Shown in pieces: positions 52,313 to 63,422 of a DNA stretch of 64,000 bases. The DNA is from Guillardia theta CCMP2712 (lineage: Eukaryota > Protista > Cryptophyta): assembly GCF_000315625.1 (NCBI RefSeq), contig NW_005434666.1:321781-385780 (forward strand). The letters are read 5' to 3'. Position 1 is the first letter of the stretch. Each line of letters opens with the position of its first letter. The notes under the pieces are model-generated. The model ran no database searches, had not been told where the DNA came from, and worked only from the letters and a program-made list of their open reading frames with translations. The translations under genes were made by a program, and so were the position numbers.

Positions 52313-53877
52313 TCAGAATCTACTGAAACATCCGGGAACGATATCTTCCCCACAACTTTCTCTGGGTCGTCCAGTCCACGAACATGGGCATCCTGAGAAC
52401 CGAATGGATGTCAGAACTTGTGCTATGGGCCGGTAGATCACTTTCCTGAAGACGTTGAAGGATACCCTGGTGAGTCTTTCCGTTGCTTGCAAGCATCTGC
52501 GTATTTCATTCACGCGTGACGAAGCCAGTGGAAACACTTACAGCTCTTGTTGTAAGCTGGTAATCGCTCCCTTCAAGATCTATCAAGCAATGCCAGCATC
52601 ATTGAGAATGAAACTTCTATCAGCAACGAAGATACCGGTCAAGCGGCCTCCTGCCTCTCGGAGGATGACAGCACCGGCTGCTGTGTCCCACGAGTTGAGG
52701 TCTGGCTCAAAGTATGCCGTCAACCTGCCACAGGCAATCCATGCCAAGTGCAGAGCAGCCGACCCAAGCATGCGGATCGACCGGCAGTGAGGCATCAAGG
52801 CGTTGATCCCTCTCAAGGAGGGCGCTATCGACCTCAGGTTCGTTGGGCTCCCTGCCACAATGACCGAGTCCTCCACTGCGCTCTCGCTGCCGCACACGAT
52901 CCTCTGGCCGTTCAGGAACGCCCCACAGGATAGCTTGGCATGAAACAGCTCATCCCGAAAGGGATCGAGGATCACTCCCACCACTGGCTTCCCTCGATGC
53001 GCTACCCCTATGGAGATCACGCTCATCGGCATCCCTTGCGCGAAGTTGGTGGTGCCATCGATGGGGTCAACGACCCAGAGCCACTCCGAGCTGATGAGTT
53101 CAGAGAGAGCCTGAAGCATGCTGGTGACGATTTCGCACAGCATGCTGCTGCCATACCTTGGAGGAGGCGGCAGAACCGGGATCAACGCTCTCCTCACCGA
53201 GGAACTTGTGAAGTGGAAACTGCTTCAGAACCTGGTCGAGGCAGAGCAAGTCAACTCGTCGTGCATCCCTCTTTCAGAAACTTCACCTCATCCTCAATGA
53301 TTTTCTGGCAAATCGGATCGATTTCCTTCCGAACAGAGAGAATTCAGCCTCAGCTCGTTCTCAGTCGAACATGAGACATGTCACCGTGAGCAGGTCCTTC
53401 TTCGAAGCCTTCGTTTTCTTCACATCTGCCCCGAGTCCCTTCTTCATGGCTCTGAGCTCACCGTGACTGAAATAATCTCGATGCTTGACGGAAAACTCAC
53501 TCTCCAGCACTAAATGCGGCCTTCTTGGCGGTAGCTAACACAGTCTCCATGATATCCTGCGAGGCTCTTTCATTCCCAACACGTCGGTAAGCTCGGAATG
53601 AACCTCAGACAATGCTTCTTGGTTGTTCGCAACCGCATTTACTCCTCCCCTGAGTCTTTGGGGGTACCAATGGACATCGAATACTCTCGATTTCGCCATG
53701 AAAGAAGGAAGGCTCCCGAAACAGAAAGAATTCGCTGCAGAGTTCATCAAGAACCAGGAACGACAGAACTGCCCATCCTTTCCACCATCCTTTCCCCCCG
53801 CGAAACCACCTTTGTTCCTTCTCACCTTGCTCCACCATGATCGCCGCGGCCACTGCTAGTACAACCTTGGCCGCCAT
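52313..53877 (-). CDS. Inositol monophosphatase family protein, probably plastid-targeted
   Basis: WVVDPIDGTTNFA, RMLGSAALHLAWIACG, LNSWDTAAGAVILREAGG. Presequence MAAKVVLAVAAAIMVEQ/ANS-FCFG after an intron at 53825-53735. 3' end approximate. Confidence 0.92.
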
Positions 53878-54137
53878 TGCTGATCCTGGGAACAGGTTTA
53901 CCTCTATAGGCGGGACCTTCCGGAGGTTACTTAGAGGGTCCTATATGATTGAGTAAATATTTACTCAAGTTTTCCTAATTGATTTTCCTAATAGGGACTT
54001 AGCGAAAATGCTGCTGCAGTCATCACCATGGAAGGATGTGTAGGTTACAAGAGACTCAGTAGTCGCATCATGTCATGTGCTGGAAAGTGACGTTTTAATG
54101 ATATCTCCATGAAATAGTCATTCATTTCACACCCTTC

Positions 54138-57100
54138 CTATGTTAATATCTCATTCCGTTTGCGTTTTCTTGAAGCTGACTGCGATTTTCTTGAAGCTGA
54201 CTGCGATATCCATGCGGCCTGCTTCGAAGGCCTCATGAGGTCTGATACAGTCATCCATGACAACTCAGAGAATCGTCCCTCTGTCGCCTCCAGTCCTCTC
54301 AATCTTGTGACTCGCTCGTATTCCTCAATCAAGAAATTCTCACATTGCTGATATATGAAGTCTGCTTCTTCCCGATCTGGATCGCTATTGTAAATGTTCA
54401 AGGCTCTTGCTTCTCTTTCTATCACTTTGATGAGGTATCGCAAATCACTCAGCCTTCGACCGTCCGAGGTTGCTGGGGAGAAATCAGTGCCCCTCACTTC
54501 TTTGAAAGGTTTATGTCCTCGCTCTGCATTTCCAAAGTGCCAGAGAATCCATACGTCATATGTCTTCATTCCTCTCCAGTCATGTTGTGATAGCGGGATG
54601 GCATCGGATGCTTCAACTTCGCCTGCTTCGCTGGAGGCTGCCTCGCTTGCGGCAGCCCCGCCAGTCCTCTCCCTTTCTGCGTTGTCGCTGCCCTGCCCGT
54701 CATTCAAGTTACCACTGCTGACACGTGCGTCCTGCGACGCAGCCGATGGAGGACCCCTGCTCTCGGCTCCCGTCGTCGTTGTCTGTACACCGGATTGACT
54801 TCCCCTCCATTCCATCGTGCCGTTTCCTGCCATTTGTAGCAATTCAGGAAAAGCTTCTAGCAATTCCTTGTGCTTTAGTACCAATTCCTTGTTCTTTTGT
54901 ACCAATTCCTTGTTTGATTGTACCAATTCCTTGTTTGATTGTACCAATTCCTTGTTCTTTTGTGCCAATTCCTTGTTTGATTGTATCAATTCCTCGCTTG
55001 ATTTTACGATGGCTGCTTCCATCTCTTCGCTCAAGCCGCATTGCAAACCTGCCGCATTGCAAACCTCACCAGGTCCTCTCTGGCTTCTTCTGACCCTATC
55101 TGCCTGAAATTCTTGTCGGATAGTGGTCGTTACAGCTGCAGTCAATTCTGTCGTCACAGCTTGAGTCACCTCGCCAGGCAAAACATTCATCTGCTTGAGA
55201 AGGCATACATGTGAAGGTATTCCTGTCGCTGTTCGCCCATGACTTTCTATCGTAACATGCTGCCTTAGCGTCTGTACAAAACCTGAATGCAAGAACAGGG
55301 TGGTTCGAAACAAGGGGTGATTCTTTGGCATCACCTCTCGAAGAAACTGTTCGTGGTATATCACTGATGCCAACCCAACTTCAACCACGGCGCGCGTCCG
55401 CGGTGTTGACACATATGGAAATACAAGTTTCACAATCTCGTTGACTCGTTCTCTGCTCTCCTGATCCGTGGTGTGAAAAATTGGTGGTAAAATTGCAAAA
55501 TCCGGGTGCTGAGTCGGCAACCCTGAGGCTATTCTTCCCACATGCTGATCGCCAGCTCGTTCATACCTCATCATAGCGGCTATGTCATTCATCCCACAGA
55601 CCATTCCAACACTGAGTTTCACTTACCTCATATCCGTGTCTTGAATTGCTCCTATCTTCCATCCTGCCCTTACACTGATCGCACCAACGGAAGAAGCAGC
55701 GGTGGTTCCGGCTGCGCAGTATGTCGCGCTTCCTTTACGAATACTGTGTGATCCTGTTTCATCATTTCACACTGAAGCACGGTTCTCAATTCCACTTCCT
55801 CCATGTGTTAGTACCTAAGTCTCCCACACGCTGACCCTTCTCATCTAGTGCCTGCTGGATATCATGGTCCTTCAGTAATCGCTGGCAGAAAAGCTTGCGG
55901 AATCGTTCATATTGTCTTTGACCTGTCCGGCAAGGAAACAAAAAGTAGGTGAATGTATAGGTATCACTTACAGGAAGTATACCTGGAAACAGTTTGCCAC
56001 GAGCTGCAGTATGATCCGCTCCATAGATCAACCAATAAATCCCTGTATCTTCAGTTATCACATACTACTCCGTAAGGCAACACGGATACCGACCTAAAGC
56101 CAAGAACGGGCATATTTCCGGTTTGGTAGGATTGCAATACACGTGTTTTGGATCTCTAGCGCGATCACCTGACTGATCGTCTTTCTGATGAATGACAAAA
56201 AATCTGAGAGAGTCTTCAGAAAAGTCCATATGGTTGTACATCAGAGCAGCTGTGTTACTGGACCGACTCATTAGATTCCAGCCAAGAATCATGAACGTTC
56301 GACCCCAAATGAACTCTCGGTCTACCTTGGTCAACATTACCTTGCCCAATAACTGGTAGATACAAAAAGGCAGAGGGTCCTTTCCCATGGTCAACTTCGC
56401 ACTCCTGTCCCTAGCATTCTGCGTGTTGCATTTTTGTTTCAACCCAACATAATGTTCAGTCAAAGCAAGCTGGAACTGGGATAAACGTTCCACTGGCATG
56501 TCATAGAAATGTAAAATGTACATGAGTGCGGATCTGTAAGAGCAGCATGTTTCAAAAGAAAGATCAGGTTTGATTCTCAGGCAGTGTGCTATCCAGAACA
56601 TGAAATGCTGCACTGTCAACTTGTCGAAGTCTATGGGTTTGATATCCTTTTGAGCCAAGATTTCTCTCAAATATTTTTGAGTAGGTAGTCCGTCTTCAAT
56701 CTTGGTGATTACGTGGTCGGCATCATTCCGGGCTATGTCCGCCTTCATGTCTGCAGTTATCAGGCCCAATTTATCGTCATTTGCAAATATAAATTGAATG
56801 AATCGAACCATTTGACCTCGATACATGACACGGGTGCTTCCAGCGAGAGCGTTATTCAAAATAGCAGCTATATCCCGTTCCAGTACCGCGAAATCTTCCA
56901 TTCTCAACTGTTCAGCTGTAACACTTGTCGTCTTCCGACGCCGTCTAGTATGGGTAGGTTGAGGATCTTGGTCACCGGTAATCGCGCTTGATCCCACTGG
57001 AATCGCAGGGACTGCCAGGATCCTGCTAAGTTGCGAGCAGGAGGGCTCTTGCTCGCATGCATTGGATTTATCTGGACTTCCCGCACATATTGCATGGAAA

Positions 57101-57216
57101 TAACGTCGGCATTTCTCGCATTGTCGCACAGGGGATGTAGAGAGATGTTCTTGGTTGATTTTGCATTGCGATGTCTCCTGAAACAAGCATGATGGGGCTT
57201 GAGGTCCCATCTGCAT
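54138..57216 (-). CDS. Crypton-type tyrosine recombinase (NDC10-II-like YR core; N-terminal Cys/His finger; C-terminal GCR1_C-like region)
   Basis: With four introns removed: WNLMSRSSN, HQKDDQSG..DPKHVYCNPTKPEICPFLALGIYW, LFPGQRQYERF, DLGSHSIRKGSATY, RAGWKIGAIQDTDMRYERAGDQHVGRIASGLP. C-terminal DVWILWHFGN..HKPF and NLS-like RKRKR. Confidence 0.85.
54860..54992. repeat. 21-bp tandem repeat encoding ELVQ(S/K)NK heptads within the recombinase
   Basis: About 6 copies of aattccttgtttgattgtacc and variants. Confidence 0.9.
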
Positions 57217-57632
57217 TTCTTGCCACTCCGGATGATGGTTTAGTCAAATACAAAATATTTTTCTAGCTTTCTTCTGAGGCAGACTTGAAACTTCTAATAT
57301 TAAAAATTCCCGGAATAAGTGAGGGGGACTTCATCGCGTGCAGCCCTTTCCGGAGAGCCCGCATTCCCCCGCTTGACCACTCCGGAATGCCCTCATCCAG
57401 GCCCTCATACCCTCTCCGGAACACCCTACCTGCTACCCTGACCCTACCGGACCCATACCGGACGTGGGTAGGGTACAGAAAATTATCTAAAATAAATGGA
57501 TAGGAAGATCAATAGAATAAGTAAATCTTGTGTTGGGGTATGGGTGGTACCCTAGCCAGTGGTTGTTGGGAGGCGGTTAGTTGAAAGTCGATGTTGCCGC
57601 CGCCGTCGCTCGTTCGCTATGAGGAGCCCACG

Positions 57633-58616
57633 ATGGCAGAAACGCCTCTTGAGGGGAAGAAGCCCAATGCACAGAACTCTACGACTGAAGATATCTTGAA
57701 CTCTATTCTCCCCCCAAGGTATCCCCTGCCAAAGTTTCCTTGCCCCACCTTCGCTTGTCCCTGATCAACGCTTCCAGGGAGTGGAATGACGATGGGAAGC
57801 ATTACATTCAGTACGTGTCTAGCACGCCGGCAACTCGTTTGGATGTCATAAACTTGCAGGTCTGTACTCTATTGACGCTCAATCGCATCCCCTGACTCGG
57901 TGTTGCTCAGGAGGAGTTGGACAAGAGATTGCAGCAGCGCCAAGCGCGCGAAACAGGAATCTGCCCAGTCCGCGAAGAACTCTATAGTCAAACCTTCGAT
58001 GAACTTATCAGACAGGTGAGTCTTGTCGCTACACTGAGCACAGGTAACCTTTCCTCAGGTCACCATTAATTGTGCCGAGCGCGGTTTGCTGCTATTACGC
58101 GTGCGAGACGAGATTCGCATGACGATCGCGGCCTATCAGACCCTTTATGAGAGCAGGTGGGTGTTGAAATACAACATCAAATAGTGCTGTTGAACTAGCA
58201 AAAGTCGAAGGCATTGCCTGATGATTTTCTGCAGCGTTGCATTTGGAATGAGAAAGGCGCTACAAGCTGAACAAGGCAAGTCGGACCTGGAGAACAGGAT
58301 AGTGCAGCTGGAGAGCGAGAAGAAGGATTTAGAGAGACAAATCCAGGATCTGAAGGTTGTCATGCAACACTGCTATTGAGCTCATTCTGATTCACAATCT
58401 TCCACGGCTTTCAGGCGAAATGTGAGGCGATAGAGAAGAGAGAGAGCGAGAGGCGACAGGTTCGTACATGCTTCTACATGGCAGAGGCTGATTTGATGAC
58501 AGCTCGACGAGAAGAAGCATGCTGAAGAGGTCCAATTCTTGCGGAGATCCAATCAGCAACTCAAACAACAGCTGGAGAGCATATTGACCTCAAGCGCAGC
58601 CAACGCCAAGAAGTAG
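57633..58616 (+). CDS. DNALI1: Axonemal inner-arm dynein light intermediate chain p28 (IDA4/DNALI1 family)
   Basis: Spliced EDILNSILPPREW..YVSSTPATRLDVINLQEELDKRLQQRQARETGICPVREELYSQTFDELIRQVTINCAERGLLLLRVRDEIRMTIAAYQTLYESSVAFGMRKALQAEQGK. Not shown in the ORF track because the exons are short. Confidence 0.95.
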
Positions 58617-58904
58617 ATTGGTCGTGTGACTGCTCCTTAATATGCCTCTGGTTTATAATTCTGGATCGCAACGCTGATAGTCCTTGCACACTGTAAAGAA
58701 GCAGATCTTGGCCTGTTAAATTTTTTAATGCATTATTCAAGCGAGAGATTGTTCGTAAAAATAGTAAGCTACAGAATGATGTCTGTTTCGAGCTTGATAC
58801 ACGGTTACTGTTGCAACGTGACATGGAGGAACCGTAGACCAAGCTCTCAGGGATGTAGTTCATCAAAGCGAGTTGTAAGTAGTAAGCAGGTATTACGCAA
58901 ATCC

Positions 58905-59883
58905 TCACACATCCAACCTGTTCTTCCGATTCGAGGATTTGCCCTCATCGTTGAAGATCCTCCAGGCAAACAATGCGGCCATGACCAAGCATGCAACACA
59001 TGGGACCCACATGCTTTCGTTGTAAATCTGGTGTTGTATATCAAGAAACAACTTCACGGCTGCAACCATGTTTGCCATGACAAAGAACCTCGCAATCACT
59101 AAGCGAGATGCCTGCTCCTTGATGAATCCAGCGGACAGAGCAAGGTAGGACGTTGCAAGGAGAAAGCATCCCAGCAAGGTGAAGATGGATGTACTAAATC
59201 CGCATCCAGCTAATTTCTCACACTTTCTAACTGTCCTGTCGGTTACGATATCACGGACAAAATCTGCGCTGAAGAGCAGCGAGATTCCACTTAACGACAG
59301 GATACAGCCTTGTCCCCAAAAGATCTCACGCATCGGAGAGACAGGGTTTCGTATCTTACTCGTGTTAATCCTTAGCTTTGGGAAGAAGAGGCAGAATGTG
59401 GCGTTGGACCAAGGGGACACTCTCGAGAAGAACCACGGAGAAATGCTTTGATGGCGGGAGGCGCAGAAGAAGAGCAGCCAAGTGATTCTTCTCACAACTC
59501 AAGGAGGGAGGAGAGAGGTGATCAGTCAGGAATGAACGGAGAGAACCCGTAGACGGGGCGGGAGGGGCGGGAGGGGCGGGAGCAGGGGAAAGGGAGGAGG
59601 AGCTGTTGACGACAAAGGGAAAGCGATCCTTGTGACGCAACATGTGCCCTCATCCCCTAACAATTCGGACGGGCTGGATGAGGGGCCCAGTGAGGTGGCA
59701 AAGGCGGAATTGAGCGGGGACGAGGTCCCCGTGCGAAGAGGCAGAGGACGACTCCTGACAGACATGCTCTCCAAGGTAAGGAGGCGAGGACGACAGCTGG
59801 TCATGGCGCGTGCGAGCGAGACGCTTCCTGTTGCCTTCTGCCGCTTTTTCATGCTGAATCTGGATGCCTTCGAACCCATGCAT
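58905..59883 (-). CDS. Hypothetical multi-pass membrane protein
   Basis: ORF 58905-59495 has ~4-5 hydrophobic helices. An upstream exon is probably in 59620-59883. Confidence 0.5.
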
Positions 59884-60809
59884 CTGTCCTCTCGCTCCCT
59901 CTCACAGTTGCCTCCACATGCCGTTCCTCGTTGACCCCCTCTCCTCGCTATGCCGTGGTGTCGGCTGATGATTTTTCGTATCCTCGTTGGCAATATCGAC
60001 TCTTCCTCGATGCCTCCGTATCTTATGTTTTGGCCATGTTGATATCTAATGTCTGGTTCTATCTTCCATCTCCCATCTCAAACCATGGTTCGTTCGTGCT
60101 GATTGTGATTCGGTAGAAGTCAACCAACTCATTGTAGATACCTGATATTGCTACTGCTTTCTCTCAACACCTGACTGATCCGCCTCATCTTCTTGATCCT
60201 GTAAATCTATGCCCCTCTTCCATGAACACTTGGTGATGATACCCTCAAAGTTCGGCTTATTTTTCATTCCGGCGTGCTTCGTTAAATCCTATTTTTGACA
60301 TGGCAACTGCAGCTTGAGACTGTAGCTGCATTCTTAGCTGGCCACCATGCTGGAGACACCGGTCCTGGTGGATCCTCCAAGGTGAACATCGAGCGCTGTC
60401 CCTCCCTTCTCCTTCGTGCTGCATCGTGAATCAATGAACTCAGGGACCCTGCGCTATTGCCGGCATGTTCGGATGCGCTCCTGCCGCTGCTTCGGAGGAA
60501 TACGGATCTGTGCGTCTTTCTGATGAGTCTCGTCTTTTCTTGACACCCTTTGCAGCCCTGGTACCCTGCTGACGAGGGCGGCATTGCTCCATGGCCCACC
60601 ACCATGTCCTCGTAAACTCGTCGAGGACCGGCAAGACAACCTCCAACTTACGCTCGTCGTGAATTTGTGCGATTAAAAGGATGAAATTTTGACAGCCACA
60701 GCCTAACAGTTGGCATTTGGTTGATCTTAATTGAGTGTGGCTGCATGTTTCATGTTTCATCCTTGATTTCACAGGATCGTGATTTGGAAATTTATTTTTC
60801 AACTTGTGA

Positions 60810-63422
60810 TCACTCGACAGGAGATGTCACAGATAGCATGAAAGTTCTTTCCATGCAAGGATCCAAACCTTGCTTTCCTCTCACTCTCGTCTTCAGGCCC
60901 ACGAGAATCTGAGGGTCAACGAACCTTCCGTTACAAACCTCAGTTGTTCCGATGCACTTCCATCCAGCAGGGAAACCAAACTTCCTTTCCACGTCTTCGC
61001 TGCGAGCAAGGCTGTTTCTCCGAGCTCGTTCTGGAGGAAGTTGACGCTCGGAGATGGTGGACGCGCTCTGACGCCTTCCCTGATTTTCGTTTGGCTCCTT
61101 GTGGAACAGATTAGTGACTGAATGACAAGCACCACTGCTGATATATCCCAGGCCCTGCATGAACTTGTCGCTGATGTGAACTGCATTGCAGACGGCCGTT
61201 TGTTCCAGTAGCTCAACGTCTCTCATTGTTTGCCCCATCACATGAAATCTTGATTGGATTCTTCCGATAACACCAGATGCTACGATTCCAACTGATATTC
61301 CGATTCGACAAGTCAAGTTTTGTTTCGAACGTTTCCTTTCAGAAAGGATTGATTGAATCATCAGCGACGCCAGATTCAGCATATCTCCGCACGTCTTCCT
61401 CGTTTTTGCCTGCATGAACCAATCGTGGTCACAAGGAAGCCAACCTGCAACAACATAGGCATCTCCAATGGTGTCCACTTTGAATAATCGCTTTTGCATC
61501 ACTGCTTCATCAAACGTTGAAAATAAGCGATGAATGAGACCAGCCAGCTCGAGTGGGTTGATCTCTTGAGACATCTTGGTAAAGTTGCATATATCCAGCT
61601 GTAGAACTACAGCTCTCTCCATTACACAGGGCATCTTGATCGAGCTGCGGATCATCTGTTGCGCTATGTTTTCAGGCATCAGGTCAGTCAGTACTTCGCA
61701 AACGCGACCATACTCAGAGACCATCAACCGGTAGAATTTCATCCTAGCGCTTGCACGGTATCTCAGGGGCCTCGATTCAAGGAACGTCACCACAAAAGCA
61801 GAAAACCCCGCAAGGAGCAACGAAGAAGCATTGACAATTGATTCAGCCACGAGATACGACGGCACGTGCATTATGAGGATCATGGTCACCATGTACATCC
61901 CGTACTTGACTGAAATCAAGGAGCAATGCAGGTGCAGGGTGACGATCCCCAAACCGATGATCATCACCCAGACTCTGAAACCGAACCAGAACCTAGAGAT
62001 CCACAACACAAAAAGTATCAAACCTTTCTTGACGGAGTATCGCAGTAAATACTTTCGTCGAATCTGTGATTCTCGGAAGACTTTCCACCATAATATGAAA
62101 GTGTAGGCTGCTATCGTTGCGCCGTGTATGGAGAATAAAAAATAATATAGGTAGCGATTTGTTGAACTTGGAGCCAACGTGAGATGGATCCAAATTGCTA
62201 CCATTGCAATAAAGTGAAGTATCCTTGCCCTGAGGATGGAATTTCGATGATCTTGCCCTTGTTCCAGGAGAAGTTCCGTCTCGGTATTTGGATCAGTGAG
62301 AAGCTCGACAAATTCATCAAGCTGACTGTCCCTCATCTTCTGAATAACAGGACTATTCGAAGCCATCTGGCCAATGTCAAACTTGGTGAGAAGATCCAAT
62401 CGTGTCTTTGAGTCAATTCTGCGAAAATTGAGCGTTCCACTAGGTCTTTCTCCATCATCAACCACCTGAATTTCAAAAACCTCCATGATACCTTTACCCT
62501 TGATTGATTTTTCACCACATGACTTGAAGCTAATCGAGTTCTTATCTACACTTTTGACCTGCTCCACAACCTCCTGCGTGCATAATATCTGATTGGGTTC
62601 TGCGTATTTGCACATCCTTGCTGCTGTATTTGTCGTGTCACCATACACACAATAGAAAGCCCTATGAATCCCAATCACAGCGCCGGCAGCATCCCCGCAA
62701 TGAATTCCAATCTTCAGATTGAGCTGGTGCTCCTCCACCTTGTAAGTACGCGTGATGTCACGCAATTCATTGGCCAACCGCGCGAGGCTGGCAACATACT
62801 CAGAAGGATAAGGCTTGCATTGCTCACTTTCATCAAAAGGCCGAGCGGCACGTGGGCAGGTAATGATGTACCAATCAGCCACATGCTGATATTTGTGCAT
62901 TCCGTGCCTTTCCACTGCATCGTCAAACTTCTCAAAGATGTTGTCCAGCAACTCAAAGGCTTCCAGAGAAGTCCTGGACTTGAGAACGTCTTGCGGTTCA
63001 AGAGAACAGAACATAATGCTGCAATACGGTATCGAGATACCCAGGAACTCTTTGGGGTCGTGATGACGGGCAAGTTTTTCCAACACATTTTCTGGTATTA
63101 GTCTGTGCACCAGCTTTCGACTCGCTTCTGCGGTGAGAACAGTCTTCTTAGCTAGATCATATTCTTTCAGCTCCAATTTGGGGAAATAAACACAGTAAAG
63201 AAACGAAGCAAGGACAAAAAAAAATTGCAATGAAACAGAAGTTACAAGAGTATATGAGGTATCCGATGGAATAATAATGGCTGTACAGAAAGAAATAAAG
63301 AAAACAAGAACAAATCGCCACGAGCTCGGATTTGCCAGTTGCGCAAAATCCCACACTTCTACAGGAAGTGATTCAAGTTTGAAAAAGGAGCTCATATTCC
63401 TTTGAGAACTCATGAAGCTCAT
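60810..63422 (-). CDS. Membrane class III nucleotidyl cyclase with two catalytic domains (probably guanylyl cyclase)
   Basis: TM - C1 (LKIGIHCG..GAVIG..FYCVYGDTTNTAARM) - ~6 TM - C2 (VLQLDICNFT, KVDTIGDAYV, CRIGISVG). 870-aa uninterrupted ORF; further 5' exons are possible. Confidence 0.9.
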   Translation of the reverse strand: MSFMSSQRNMSSFFKLESLPVEVWDFAQLANPSSWRFVLVFFISFCTAIIIPSDTSYTLVTSVSLQFFFVLASFLYCVYFPKLELKEYDLAKKTVLTAEASRKLVHRLIPENVLEKLARHHDPKEFLGISIPYCSIMFCSLEPQDVLKSRTSLEAFELLDNIFEKFDDAVERHGMHKYQHVADWYIITCPRAARPFDESEQCKPYPSEYVASLARLANELRDITRTYKVEEHQLNLKIGIHCGDAAGAVIGIHRAFYCVYGDTTNTAARMCKYAEPNQILCTQEVVEQVKSVDKNSISFKSCGEKSIKGKGIMEVFEIQVVDDGERPSGTLNFRRIDSKTRLDLLTKFDIGQMASNSPVIQKMRDSQLDEFVELLTDPNTETELLLEQGQDHRNSILRARILHFIAMVAIWIHLTLAPSSTNRYLYYFLFSIHGATIAAYTFILWWKVFRESQIRRKYLLRYSVKKGLILFVLWISRFWFGFRVWVMIIGLGIVTLHLHCSLISVKYGMYMVTMILIMHVPSYLVAESIVNASSLLLAGFSAFVVTFLESRPLRYRASARMKFYRLMVSEYGRVCEVLTDLMPENIAQQMIRSSIKMPCVMERAVVLQLDICNFTKMSQEINPLELAGLIHRLFSTFDEAVMQKRLFKVDTIGDAYVVAGWLPCDHDWFMQAKTRKTCGDMLNLASLMIQSILSERKRSKQNLTCRIGISVGIVASGVIGRIQSRFHVMGQTMRDVELLEQTAVCNAVHISDKFMQGLGYISSGACHSVTNLFHKEPNENQGRRQSASTISERQLPPERARRNSLARSEDVERKFGFPAGWKCIGTTEVCNGRFVDPQILVGLKTRVRGKQGLDPCMERTFMLSVTSPVE

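Larger units (their letters stand above)
53949..57530 (-). mobile_element. Crypton-like tyrosine-recombinase DNA transposon (boundaries approximate)
   Basis: Lower-GC block between the IMPase and p28 genes carrying a single spliced YR gene. No TIR or LTR seen. Confidence 0.65.

Noticed and set aside
54860-54992. Possible CRISPR-like array
   Set aside because: Contiguous 21-bp coding repeats with no spacers, in a eukaryotic context with no cas genes.
60282-60802. Short minus-strand ORFs downstream of the cyclase
   Set aside because: No start context, domain or consistent splice pattern that I can support.
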